Positions 13,425 to 25,100 of a DNA stretch of 64,000 bases are shown here, in pieces. This DNA comes from Azolla caroliniana (lineage: Eukaryota > Plantae > Polypodiophyta). The notes under the pieces are model-generated. The model worked only from the letters and a program-made list of their open reading frames with translations. It was not told where the DNA came from and searched no databases. Numbering within the stretch: position 1 is the stretch's first letter; every line of letters starts with the position of its first letter. The position numbers were made by a program, and so were the translations under genes. The stretch is taken from assembly GCA_043228905.1 (NCBI GenBank), contig JBHGNT010000004.1, positions 14,694,001 through 14,758,000 on the forward strand. The letters run 5' to 3'.

Positions 13425-13770
13425 TATGGGTTAATTAGTACCTAATTATGTGGTTACGCAACAAAAGATTATGTGAATACAAAAATACCCACAATGAGGT
13501 AGGTATATATACATCTCATGTGCAAAGGTACACATGTGTGAGTAGAATATAGGTACAAAGGTGTAAGTCCTATATTAAATGAGCATGGGAGTGGAGGATC
13601 TACAATGTATCCCACTCAAGTACAAAATCCTTTTCGGCACACTAACTAGATTCTATCTAGGTAACTACTTACTTTAAGGTCAACGCACTAACTAGATTCT
13701 ATCTAGGTAACTACTTACTTTAAGGTCAACACACTAACTAGATTCTATCTAGGTAATTACTAAGTTACGT
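13425..13770 (-). mobile_element. Truncated Copia LTR with a 46-bp triplication
   Basis: Matches the LTR at 35655-36088. The unit CACTAACTAGATTCTATCTAGGTAACTACTTACTTTAAGGTCAA is present about 2.7 times at 13638-13762. Confidence 0.85.
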
Positions 13771-14606
13771 GTCTTGCACGTGCCCATTTGGCAAATCGGC
13801 AACGTTCCATTCGACAACGACGACCAAAACAATTGCATCAAGAATGTCTTGCATGTGGTGCCCCACAATGACAAAGAATTTGGTCTCGGTTGGCCAAATT
13901 GTGGAGCAAGGCATGCAAGTTCGTTTCAACAATGAAGGATGCTTCATAGAAAAAGATGGCCGACTCATCGCTAAGGGATGAAGAGACGGTCGAATGTTTA
14001 TTCTCGATTCAAACAAGGTAAAATCGACCATGTATGCCAAAGGTATCAAAACCGACACCCACATTGAGTTGTGGCACAACAGAGTCGGCTATATCAACCT
14101 CGAACGGCTCTGAGCTATGCAATCAAAGGGAGTCGTAATCGGACTTCTGGCATTTGAGTCGAAACAAGTCGACCGAGTGTGTGAAGCATGCCAACTTGGC
14201 AAACAATATCGATTCCCATTCCGAAAGGATAGCTACGTAAGCATAGGCCTCCTCGACGTCATACATTCGGATGTATGGGGACCCCCTCAAATGCCGAAGA
14301 TCGGCGGATGTCAATACTACGTCACCTTCATCGACGACTACTCCTGCTACACGTGGATCTTCCCGATGAAGAAGAAGAGCGAAGTGCTCTCCCACTTCCA
14401 AAAGCTCAAGTGCCAAGTCGAAAAAGAAATCAGTCGGCACATTCGATGCGTATGATCGAATGGAGGCAATGAGTACTTCTCTGACGAATTCATCTCCTAC
14501 CTCCAAGGTGAAGGCATTCAAAGAGAATTCTCATGCCGACACACCTCCCAACAAAATGGAGTAGCCGAAAGGAAGAATTGGTACATACTCGAGGTAGCAT
14601 GCGCCA
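13771..14606 (+). mobile_element. Copia protease-integrase fragment, degenerate
   Basis: KNLVSVGQIVEQG, CEACQLGKQ, IHSDVWGP, FIDDYS and PQQNGVAERKN. Confidence 0.9.
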
Positions 14607-15139
14607 TGCTGTAGTGTTAAAAAAGTAGATATCCCACATACAAAGGTTATTTCACGCATATTTTCTAGGAAAAAACTTTAGTTAGAAGAAAACGTATGAT
14701 CGAAAAGCTATTCTTGCACACCTCAGGTGTGCATGAACACTATTATTAGAAGAAAAAGCGATAAAATGATGCATGTACATTTAGTGTGCATGATCACTTT
14801 AGAAAAAACATGATGCTTACCATTTGGTATACTATACTTAACCAATAGGTTTTTGATTCTTGGGTTTTATTAATATTTCTAAATTATGATCTAATTGATT
14901 ATATTCGTGTGATCCACAATTTTCAATATATCTTTTCTAATCTATTCCAATTTACTATTAGGATTCTAACGGTTGATTAATCTAATACAATACACTCGTG
15001 GGATTCGCGAGGTTTCTATATCTTTTTCTTACAATATATTCTCATTCTTATTCGTCTCAAATTCCCCATCCTTCTAGTCCAAAACCCTAGCGGTTCCCAC
15101 CCGACTCACGCAACTATCCGACGTCAAAAGGCATGATGA
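14607..15139 (+). mobile_element. Gypsy solo LTR without TSD (family of the LTR at 61990-62922)
   Basis: Starts TGCTGTAGTG. Its 3' ~150 bp match the reverse complement of 61990-62140. The two flanks belong to different elements. Confidence 0.75.
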
Positions 15140-15927
15140 CGTTTCCGAGCGAATTGCGACTGCTTAGTCCCTGACGCTCCAGGTTTGTTATGGTCCTTCT
15201 TCGAAGTGCATTGATAACGAAGAACTATTTCAATGGCTTCTTTGAAGGATTTTGGATCCTTATCGTGTACTATCTAGTGATAGTCCGAATTGGGGATGCC
15301 ATTGACAAAACAAGCTATTAACCAATTGTCCCCTTCTAGACCCGATTTTCGACTTTGGGTTTTAGCATGGTGAACATAGTCTTCTAGCGAGGAAAATTTC
15401 TAGCTAGAGAGGTTCATCAAAGTTTGTGCTGCCTCGGTTCGAGATGGAGGTTGCAGAAATTGACCCTTGAAAACTGTGACAAAGTCTATCCAGGTATTGT
15501 CATGAACAGTACTGAGACAGAGAAGGAATTAGTACTAAACGAAGGATTAGTACTATGAGAGGTGTGGAACTTCTTCGAGAGAAGGAAGAAGTGAGCAAGA
15601 CAGAGAGAAAGAGAGAGATTGAGAGAGAGAGAGAGAGTGATGATAAGAAAGATATGTATTATATGAAGAGAATATACAATGGTGGCTAAAAGGCTTAAGA
15701 CTGGCGTTGAACCAATTTGGTTCAACATAATGCCTAGTGCCCTCTTTTATAGTGTTTTCAGGAGTAATCTTGAAGCTTCTAGAATGTTCCAGAGAAATCT
15801 GGAATATACACTAATTTCCTATAATAAAATGTAAATGAAAATAATATCCTACGTATTACAATAGATGATCTAATGGTCAAGAGCTCGACCCATATAACCT
15901 AAGGTCATGAGTTCGAGTCTTGCCATA

Positions 15928-18900
15928 TCATGACACTATCCCCCCTTTAAAACGACGAGTGTCACGAGTCGTCTTGGATTGAGGACCTGGTTTGTGTGGA
16001 TATTGACGATGGAAGTCTTCAAGAAGAGCACGAGCATTGGTCACATTCTCGATCGGTTCCCAAGTACGTTCACTGGGGCTATAGCCTAGCCAATCGACTA
16101 GATAGTAGAGCTTGTTGCGAACAATCTTGGAATCAAGGATGGCGGCAACCTCGTACTCCGGCCCATCTTCAAGCTCGATCGGGGGTGGAGGTTGGATAAG
16201 ACGTCCTGGGATGGTGCTCTCGTGGTAGGGTTCGAGGAGAGAACTATGAAACACCGGATGTATCCGAAGTTTAGAAGGTAGATCGAGACGAAAAGCGACA
16301 TCATTAATTTGTCCAATAATACGGAAAGGACCTAATCGCCGATAATCTAACTTCTCACATGGACGAGTAGTCTTGATGTGTCGTCGTAGCAGCCACACCC
16401 GATCTCCAATATTAAAACTGGATGGAAGTCAATGACGATTTGCGTAGACCTTGTGTGTTTGTTGAGCTTGCTGGAGATGAGTAGATAAATCCGCTTGTAT
16501 CTTGCGTAACTGCTCCAAACGATCCTCCGCGCACGGATTTGTGGACACCTTTGGGGTTTCAAGTACACTCCATCGGGGGTGACATCCCGTATAAGCATAA
16601 AATGACGTAACTTTAGTGGATGTGTGGATAGAGTTGTTATAGGCAAATTCGGTGAAGTGGAGAATATTTGCCCAGTCATCTTGATGATAGCTGAGAAAGC
16701 ACCGTAGATACTGCTCCAACGTTTGATTTGTTCGTTCAGCTTGGCCGTCAGTTTGTGGGTGGTAGCCGGAGGAGAGGTTACAAGTGACCTTGAGCATGTT
16801 AAAAAGGTGCTTCCAGAATTTTGACACGAACTGGGGTCCACGGTCGCTGATGATACTATCAGGAAGTCTATGATGCCGACATACTTCACGCATGACAACT
16901 TCGGCAGTGTCTTCACTGGAGATCTCCTTAGTACATGGCAAGAAATGAGCCATCTTCGTATATCGATCGACCACCGTTAGAATCACATTGAACCCCTTAG
17001 AGACTGGAAGATCTGTGATGAAGTCTAGAGCAATGGATTACCACGGCTTGCTTGGAATTGGTAATGGTTCTAATAAACCATATGGATGATGCCTTGGCAT
17101 TTTCGCTCTGCAACATGTATCACAAGTCCGAACAAAATCCTCGACAAATTGTCGCATACAGGGCCACCAGAATGTTCGTTGTACTAAATGTAATGTTTTA
17201 GTACTACCAAAATGCCCAGCTGTATATGTGTCATGACAGTTTTGTACTACTCGAAGGCGGCAAGAACCATTAGGAACATACAAAAGTTCTTTAAAGAAGA
17301 GTAATCCATCATGGTATTTGAATTGCCGATAGTCCGTACCTGGTGGTTGCGACTATGAACACGACGCTCGAGAGGGACCAATTTGTGCTAGTATAGCTTG
17401 GGCGAACGCATCTGTCTTCAAGTCTTCACGTATGGTATCGATAACGCGGGAATCCATAGGCATGTCAAAGATTTGTGTTGCTTGTAGTCGTGCCGGTCCC
17501 AAGATGACTTGTTTTTGGTTATCGAAAGCTGGCTCGCCGGGACGGGGTGCTAGATACGAACGCCGTGATAATGCATCTGCCTTCCCTTGGTGCCTCCCCG
17601 GACGATATGTAATTTTGAAGTCGAAACGCGTGAGGAAGTGGGCCCACCGAGCTTGACGTCGATTCAACACACGAGCATCCTGAAAGTAGGCAAGATTCTT
17701 GTGGTCACTAAATACGGTGACTGGATGAGAGGATCCCTCCAGAAAATGCCTCCATTGCATAAAAGAATCCACTATTGCCAATAGCTCCTTATCATGAATT
17801 TCGTAGTTGATTTCGGCGGCGTCAAACTTGCGTGAGTGAAAAGCCACAGGATGTAGCTTCTCATCATTCCCCTGTTGTGATAGAATGCTCCCCAATGCAA
17901 AATCCGATGCGTCAGCTTCGATAATGAATGGTTTTTCCGGATCGACATGAGCTAGAATTGGAGCCGATGTAAATGCCTTTTTAAGACTCTCGAAAGCCAT
18001 GTCCATTTCTTCAGACCAGATGAACGGTTGTCCCTTCCTGGTAAGTTGTGTGAGAGGTAGAACGATCTTTGAGTAATCTTGTATGAACTTCCGGTAAAAA
18101 TTGGCAAAGCCTAAGAAGCATTGCACATCCCGCACCGAACGCGGAGTCTGCCATTCTACCACCATTTTGACCTTAGCTGGGTCCATGGAGATGCCTTCTG
18201 ACGAAATGATGTAGCCGAGAAATTCCACTTGGTTGCACCCGAAACTAAATTTTTCCGGCTTTGCATACAGACCATGTTCTCGAAGTCGTTTTAGTACTAA
18301 TAGTACATGAGAATCATGTTCTTCTTGGGTCTTTGAATAAACCAGTAGATCATCCAAATAGATGATCAAACAATCATCCAATAGATCTCGGAATATATCA
18401 TTAGCCATGTGCTGGAAGACTGCCGGCGCATTAGTGAGGCCGAACGGCATGACCGTATACTCGAAGTGCCCATATCTGGTACGAAACGCGGTCTTCCATT
18501 CGTCTCCTGGTCAGATCCGTACGAGGTTATATGCTCCCCGTAAGTCGATCTTTGTGAAGAAGCTGGCACCATTGATCCATTCTAAAAGACTTGAGATAAG
18601 GGGAAGAGCATACCTATTCCTGATTGTAACCTTATTCAAGCCACGGTAATCTACAATGAGACGAAGCGATCCATCTTTTTTTTTGACGAAGAAAATGGGC
18701 GCGCCGGTTGGAGATTTCGAATGCCGAATGAAACCATTTTCCAAATTCTCCTCTATATAGGCCCGAAGGACTTCCAGCTCGGTTGGTGACAAATTGTAGA
18801 TCGGTCCCCGTGGCGGCTCTTTTCCCGGTTGTAAATCGATGGGGCAATCGTACGGTCGATGATGAGGAAGTGTGTTGGCTTGTACTTTATCGAACACATC

Positions 18901-19520
18901 GGCGTAATGACGATACTTCTCAGGAAGTTGAACAGTGGATTCTTCTTTAGTGGTGTTGGAGGGGTTTACTGATATTGCAAAGAGGAACATTTCCTCCTTG
19001 CGCCCTTCTTTACGCAACTGACGTAGCGAAATGGTTGCCATCTTCTGAGTTGACCCTTGGGTTTGTCGACACCGGATTTCTCTTGTTCTCCAATCTATGT
19101 CTGGGTTATGTCACTCGAACCACGGTAATCCTAAAACTATAGGATGTTCTGGGATACTAATAATATTAAATGATACTACACATGCTAAGTTATCTAGGAC
19201 AATATTAATGGGCTCTGACTCTTCTATGATATTTCCGGAAGCAATGGGACGTCCATCAATGACTACTACAGAGGTTGGACACTGGAGTTTTCTTAGGGAT
19301 ATCTTATGAGCTTGAGCAAATTTCTTATCCATAAAGCAAGAGTTAGCTCTGGAATCTAGGAGTGCTAGGACATGTACTGGAGGGGTACTTTTAGTACTAA
19401 CAATTACTTGGGCTACGAACACATCACTAACTTGCTTAGAGGGAATGGAACCACTAATGGGCTGCACAGATCTAGGGCTGTCCAACCAAACGACTCCTAT
19501 TTTGGCTGGACTTAGTCGTT
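15928..19520 (-). pseudogene. Chromovirus pol (PR, RT, RNase H, INT, chromodomain) with several stops or frameshifts
   Basis: LLDSRA (mutated DSG), MPFGLTNAP, YLDD, EADASDF, HPQTDGQAER, GPFRI and YEVAAILDSK..YYLVDWLGY..TWEP. Confidence 0.93.
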
Positions 19521-20669
19521 TAACTCTTCTTCTAACTGACTAAGGACATCAAATTTGTTTGCTAGATCTGGGATATTAGTACTATTAGTAGTATTAGGAC
19601 TATCAGATATCCCTACTGAAATAGGCTCAGATTTAGTACAATTAGAACTAGCGACTATTTGGTTTACCTGTCTTCTTGGCCTATGGGGGCAATTTATTGC
19701 GATATGTCCTGGTCCACCGCAGTAAAGACATAGTCGATTTGCACGGCGTCGCTGCTTTTCTTCTTCGGATAATGGCCCTCGACGACGTGTAGTGTCAATC
19801 TCTATCGGAGTCGGAGTATTCGCTGGAGGCGCATTATATGACTCCCTCGGAAAAGGTCTTGCTACCACTGAGGTGTAGGTGGGCTCTGATCTTGCCCTCG
19901 GCATCTGTAGCTGTCGTTCCGAACGTCGCTCAAAGAGGCGGTTGTCACATCTCACCGCGCGACTGATTGTTTTTGTTAAGGACTTTGGCTCTTCGGGGAA
20001 GGTCAATAGTAAATCCTTGACGTCGTTGCGTAAACCATAACGGAATTGCTCCATCAACGCTTGATCATCCCAAGGGATATCGGCGGCGAGTAGGCGAAAA
20101 TCTGCAGCGTATGCGGAGGTTGGACAGTCACCTTGGCGTAATCGCCGGATTTTGTTGATTGCGGTCCTGATGCTGTCAGTATCTCCGAAACATGCTTTAA
20201 ACTCACCTAGAAACTCTTCAAAATTGTTGAGTAACGGAGATTCCTTTTCTAATAGTGGAGCGAACCATGACAACACTGAGCCACTTAACAAAGTGCCTAC
20301 TAAACCCACTCGTGATGCATCGGTGGGATATTGGGAAGGATGCATTTGAATAACTAATCGTACCTGGTTAAGGAACCCTCTAAACTGCGATCACGTTCCA
20401 TCGAACTTCGTGGGAAGGCCAATCTTGGGTTCTTTATGAATCCCTTGTGTTCCGGGCCCTTGTTGTTGCATCGCTACGATGGTTGCTTCGAGTTGTTGCA
20501 CGCGTAACGCAAGTTCCCCATGTTGTTGCGTTTGCTGCTTTTCTAAGGAGATTTGCTGAAGATCCCCCAGCAACCGTTGGTTTTCTTGTTCCAAAGCATG
20601 GAACTTCTCCTTCAAGCATTGAAATTCCGAGAAAACAGATTGATATTCTTCAGCGCTAACAGTGGCCAT
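19512..20669 (-). pseudogene. Chromovirus gag (PEG10-like capsid plus CCHC knuckle), one premature stop
   Basis: ATG at 20669, TGA at 20393-20391, CLYCGGPGHIAINC. Confidence 0.9.
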
Positions 20670-21112
20670 GGGATGAAAGAAAAGAGGAATAAAAGATTAG
20701 TAGGAAATGAGAGAGACAGAAGGTAGACAAATTGGTTCAAACTGTCATGAACAGTACTGAGACAGAGAAGGAATTAGTACTAAACGAAGGATTAGTACTA
20801 TGAGAGGTGTGGAACTTCTTCGAGAGAAGGAAGAAGTGAGCGAGACAGAGAGAAAGAGAGAGATTGAGAGAGAGAGAGAGAGAGTGATGATAAGAAAGAT
20901 ATGTATTATATGAAGAGAATATACAATGGTGGCTAAAAGGCTTAAGACTGGCGTTGAACCAATTTGGTTCAACATAATGCCTAGTGCCCTCTTTTATAGT
21001 GTTTTCAGGAGTAATCTTGAAGCTTCTAGAATGTTCCAGAGAAATCTGGAATATACACTAATTTCCTATAATAAAATGTAAATGAAAATAATATCTTACG
21101 TATTACAATAGA

Positions 21113-21172
21113 TGATCTAATGGTCAAGAGCTCGACCCATATAACCTAAGGTCATGGGTTCGAGTCTTGCCA
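21113..21172 (+). other. tRNA-like A-box/B-box module in the chromovirus LTR U3 (second copy ~15866-15925)
   Basis: TGATCTAATGG ... GGTTCGAGTC, with 45 nt between the T8 and G53 equivalents. Confidence 0.6.
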
Positions 21173-22179
21173 TATCATGACAGGTATCAAGCAATTTCCC
21201 CGTAGTGCGGAGCCCACGCTACAAGGCGGCAACCTTACCCCTTAGTTCTCAACCAACACATGCAATCTTCGTACTATTTGGCTTGGGATAGAGGTCAAAA
21301 TGAGACTCCCATCGGCCCAGCTATGTGCAGATTGCTTCTTTCGTTCTTTCTTTTTTATCTCCCGTAAATGGCTTTACGACAAACGATTGTTCACCTTGAC
21401 GCTCATCGGGTCTATTAGTATCATGTTGTATACTAATGACATGTGCCTCAAAAGCACAATGAGATTGCCGAAGTTCGGAAATCTCATGCAAGGTAGAATT
21501 AAGGATATTTTGTATTTATAAAAAATACGACTCAATGGGGATTGGCCCAAGAGGATTTCCTTGAAAATTCCTTCCACTTGAGCAGATGACATCGGGTCGT
21601 TATTATGAGCCATTGAATAATAATTGTTGGCATAGAAATAAGATAAGGTCAGACAAATAGTCATAACATCATGTTGTGATGTAAACATATCATGGACAAA
21701 CATTAATCGATATCATGATCTCACATCAATGCCCCTCTAGATGTATGAGATGAGGTTCAAGATTAGGTGACTATGGTAACACAAAGGTGTTTTAAAAACC
21801 ACGGGGGTGACAAATGAATGTCTTTCCTTGATCTCTAGATCGATTTTTTCATGGCGGCTCCTCGAGGCTCAACCGTGTATGTTCGCTTCATGAATAGTTT
21901 ATACACGAAAAAATGTTAACAATAAACTATGTCTCTATGCCCACCCATGTGGTTTTGGGGTTTTAAGTCCTATTACGTTAGAACTAAAGTCTAAACATGT
22001 TTTATAGGCATATGTATCAACAAGGTTGTATGGTCTTAGTCATATTTGAACTTGAGACCTCGAGAACAAATACATTAAACACTTGAGCTAACCAAATGGT
22101 TTGGTCCTTTTGAATGTTTAATGTTTATGCGTATGAGAGATATGTGAAGGCATTTGCCAATATGTTTTTTAAATGAAAA

Positions 22180-25100
22180 TGTTGAGAATTAAGCTCAACA
22201 TAGTGCAACATGCGAACACACCTTTTGAGAGTCTATGATTACTCAAAGGTCAAGAGTCACACCACTACTCTCTACACATTAACTATGTGTCATAGAATCA
22301 TATTCTATGACACATAACTAATAAGTTACATATTCCCCATGACTATGAGTCTTCACATTCCCCAAGAGAGAGTGGTTGTTGTAGTTAGTTAATGAAGAGA
22401 GAGGGTGACTATATATAAAGCACCCTCCTCATACTTCATATTAAGTCGGTTGGGACTCCTTGTAATGCTACATTTTTGTATCTCTTATTTTACTTGTGAA
22501 TATACATCTTGTTCTTCTTGAGTACGTACTACATTGTGTTCACATTCTATCTAATCTATCTTGTGTTTCTCTTCACTTCTCTCTTTCCTCTCACACATAC
22601 ACATAACACACATCTCTTCCGCTACACAAGAATCATACCCAATTCTTTACATGGTATCAGAGTGGTTTGGTAGCTCGATCTAGCCCATCCGTGTGTGTTG
22701 TGTTCTACGCTGACGTTCGAGAATAACCGGTCCATCGCTATCATAGTGCGACTAAATAGCTCGTATTCGAGAGAGAAGGAAAAGAAAAGAAGGAAGAAAT
22801 CTTCATCGACAATGAATACTCAAATGGGGAGCACTCTCCCTAGCGAGAAGCTAGATCGAAACAACTTTGCATCTTGGGAGTACAAGATGCACCAATACCT
22901 TGTCGGCCAAGGCTATTGGGGTTACATCAAAGGAGCACAAGAAAATTGACCCGATCCAAAAGACGCCGACTATGCAACATGGGAGCAAGCGGCATGTCGA
23001 GTGATGTATTTCTTGGCGACATGTGTGCACGACCACATGCTCAACCACATTCGAGAAGCCAAGACGCCAAAGGAAGCGTGGGAGAATCTACGAAAGATTT
23101 TCGCCGCTAACACAACCGTGAGAAAGCTTCAACTCCGCCAAGAGTTGAACAACATCCAACAAAGGGATATGTCCATCACGAGCTACACCTTGAAGATCAA
23201 GGAGCTTTATGACTCGCTCAACTCGATAAACGTCAATGTGGACGATGATGAGATGGTGCAAATATGCCTCGACGGCCTTGTACCATGGTTCAACGCGATG
23301 AGGACCGCCGTATTAACATGGGAAAATCCACCCTCCTTCTTCGATCTTCAATCCATGTTGTTGGTCGAAGAAAATCATGTTCGAACAAGGAGCAACGCCT
23401 CGGAAGGCCACATGCTTTACTCACACTCGGACGGAGGAAGAGGATGTGGCCGTGCAAGAAGAGGCTGATTCAGCCAAGGGTGAGGCGGACGCGGCCCGAC
23501 TTACAAAAACAACTCGCAATTTTGGCATCAAGACGGAAGCCATCGAGGAACCTTCGGAAGAAGGGGGAACTTCCATTCTGGTCCGAGCCGACAAAACTCG
23601 GTCGAATGCGTATATTGCGGAAAAATCGGTCAGCACGAAGAAGAGTGCCGTAAGAAGATGCACGAGTTGGCTTCCACAAGCCGATAACTCACCAATTACG
23701 CCACCAACTCTGACTATGACGATCGTGGCAGAATGTTCGTGATGAGACATAGAGAAAATTCTATGTCAGCTTCTACTTCAACTAGTGCCTCCGGTCCGGA
23801 AGACGTATGGTTCATCGACTCCGGTGCCGTGACCCATATGACGTCTCAACAAGAATGGTTTTGAGAACTTCGAGAGCTGGAATGACCCGGGTATGTCGAA
23901 ACCGGAGACGACACGGCGCATCCAATTTGACACATTGGCAATGTCCCATTCGGCAAAGAAGGTAACCAAACTTTTATTAAGAATGTCTTGCACGTACCAA
24001 CCATTACGAAGAATTTAGTCTCCGTCGGCCAAATTGTTGAGCAAGGGATGCAAGTATGATTTAATCAAGGTGGTTGCTTCATTGAAAAAGAGGGCCGACT
24101 CATCGCTCGTGGACGAAGAAAGGACCGAGTGTTCATTCTCGACTCACACGACATGAAATCGGCCATGTACGCAAAGGGCACGAAAGCCGATTCTGACATA
24201 GAGTTATGGCACAAGCGGATTGGCCATATCAACCTCCAAAAGCTCAAGGCAATGCAATCGAAAAGAGTCATCATTGGGCTCCCAACATTCAAGGAGAAAG
24301 AGATTGAAGTCATGTGTGCCGCTTGCCAATTCGGCAAGCAACATCGGCACTGTATCCTCGTAGGATACTCATTGGAGCAAAAGGGGTACAACTGCTATAA
24401 CCCCTCAATTCGAAAACCTCGAGTAAGTCGAGATGTTGTTTTTGACGAGTCCGCATCTTGGTACGCACCAGAGACAACTTCGACTCCGATTCCGCTCAAC
24501 CCGGAATCCGCCGAAATAGAGATAGAAGTCGGAGATTGGCTCACGTGCATGTTCAAAGAAAGCCCGATTACGACAAGGCTTAGCGGGCCACAAGAGCCTC
24601 CGAGCGGTCAAAGCACATCTCGGCCAAGTCCGAAGCTAGACAAAGGGAAGAAGAAAATGCTGGAGTATGAAGACGATCACTTCGACGGAAATGAATCGAC
24701 TCACTCCCTCGATAGTGAGTTCAAAGGCCTTGACATCTAGAAAAATGGAGCGAAGAAAGCCTTAGTATCCGCAAACGAGAAGCTTCGCCGATCCACCCGT
24801 GAAAAGAACCCTATAAGCCGATTCGGCTACAATGATTATATGGCATACCATTACGCCTTTATGATGAAGGTAGCGACAGTATGGGCACCGGAAACATTTT
24901 CCGAAGCTGTGAAGGACCCTAGATGGGTTGAAACAATGAATGAGGAGATCCAAGCACTCTCCAAAAACAAGACATGGGATCTTGTCCCCCACTCACCGCA
25001 CACAAGAAGGAGATCGACTGCAAATGGATCTACAAGGTGAAGTATAACGCCGATGGCTCCGTAAACCGCTACAAAGCTCGATTCATAGCAAAAGGATACA

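Larger units (their letters stand above)
15498..21182 (-). mobile_element. Full-length Ty3/Gypsy chromovirus (Tcn1/Tf1-sushi-like)
   Basis: LTRs 15498-15935 and 20743-21182 (TG..CA, about 3 substitutions and 1 microsatellite indel), TSD GGTAT, PPT AAAGGGGGGATAG, domain order gag-PR-RT-RH-INT-chromodomain. Confidence 0.97.
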
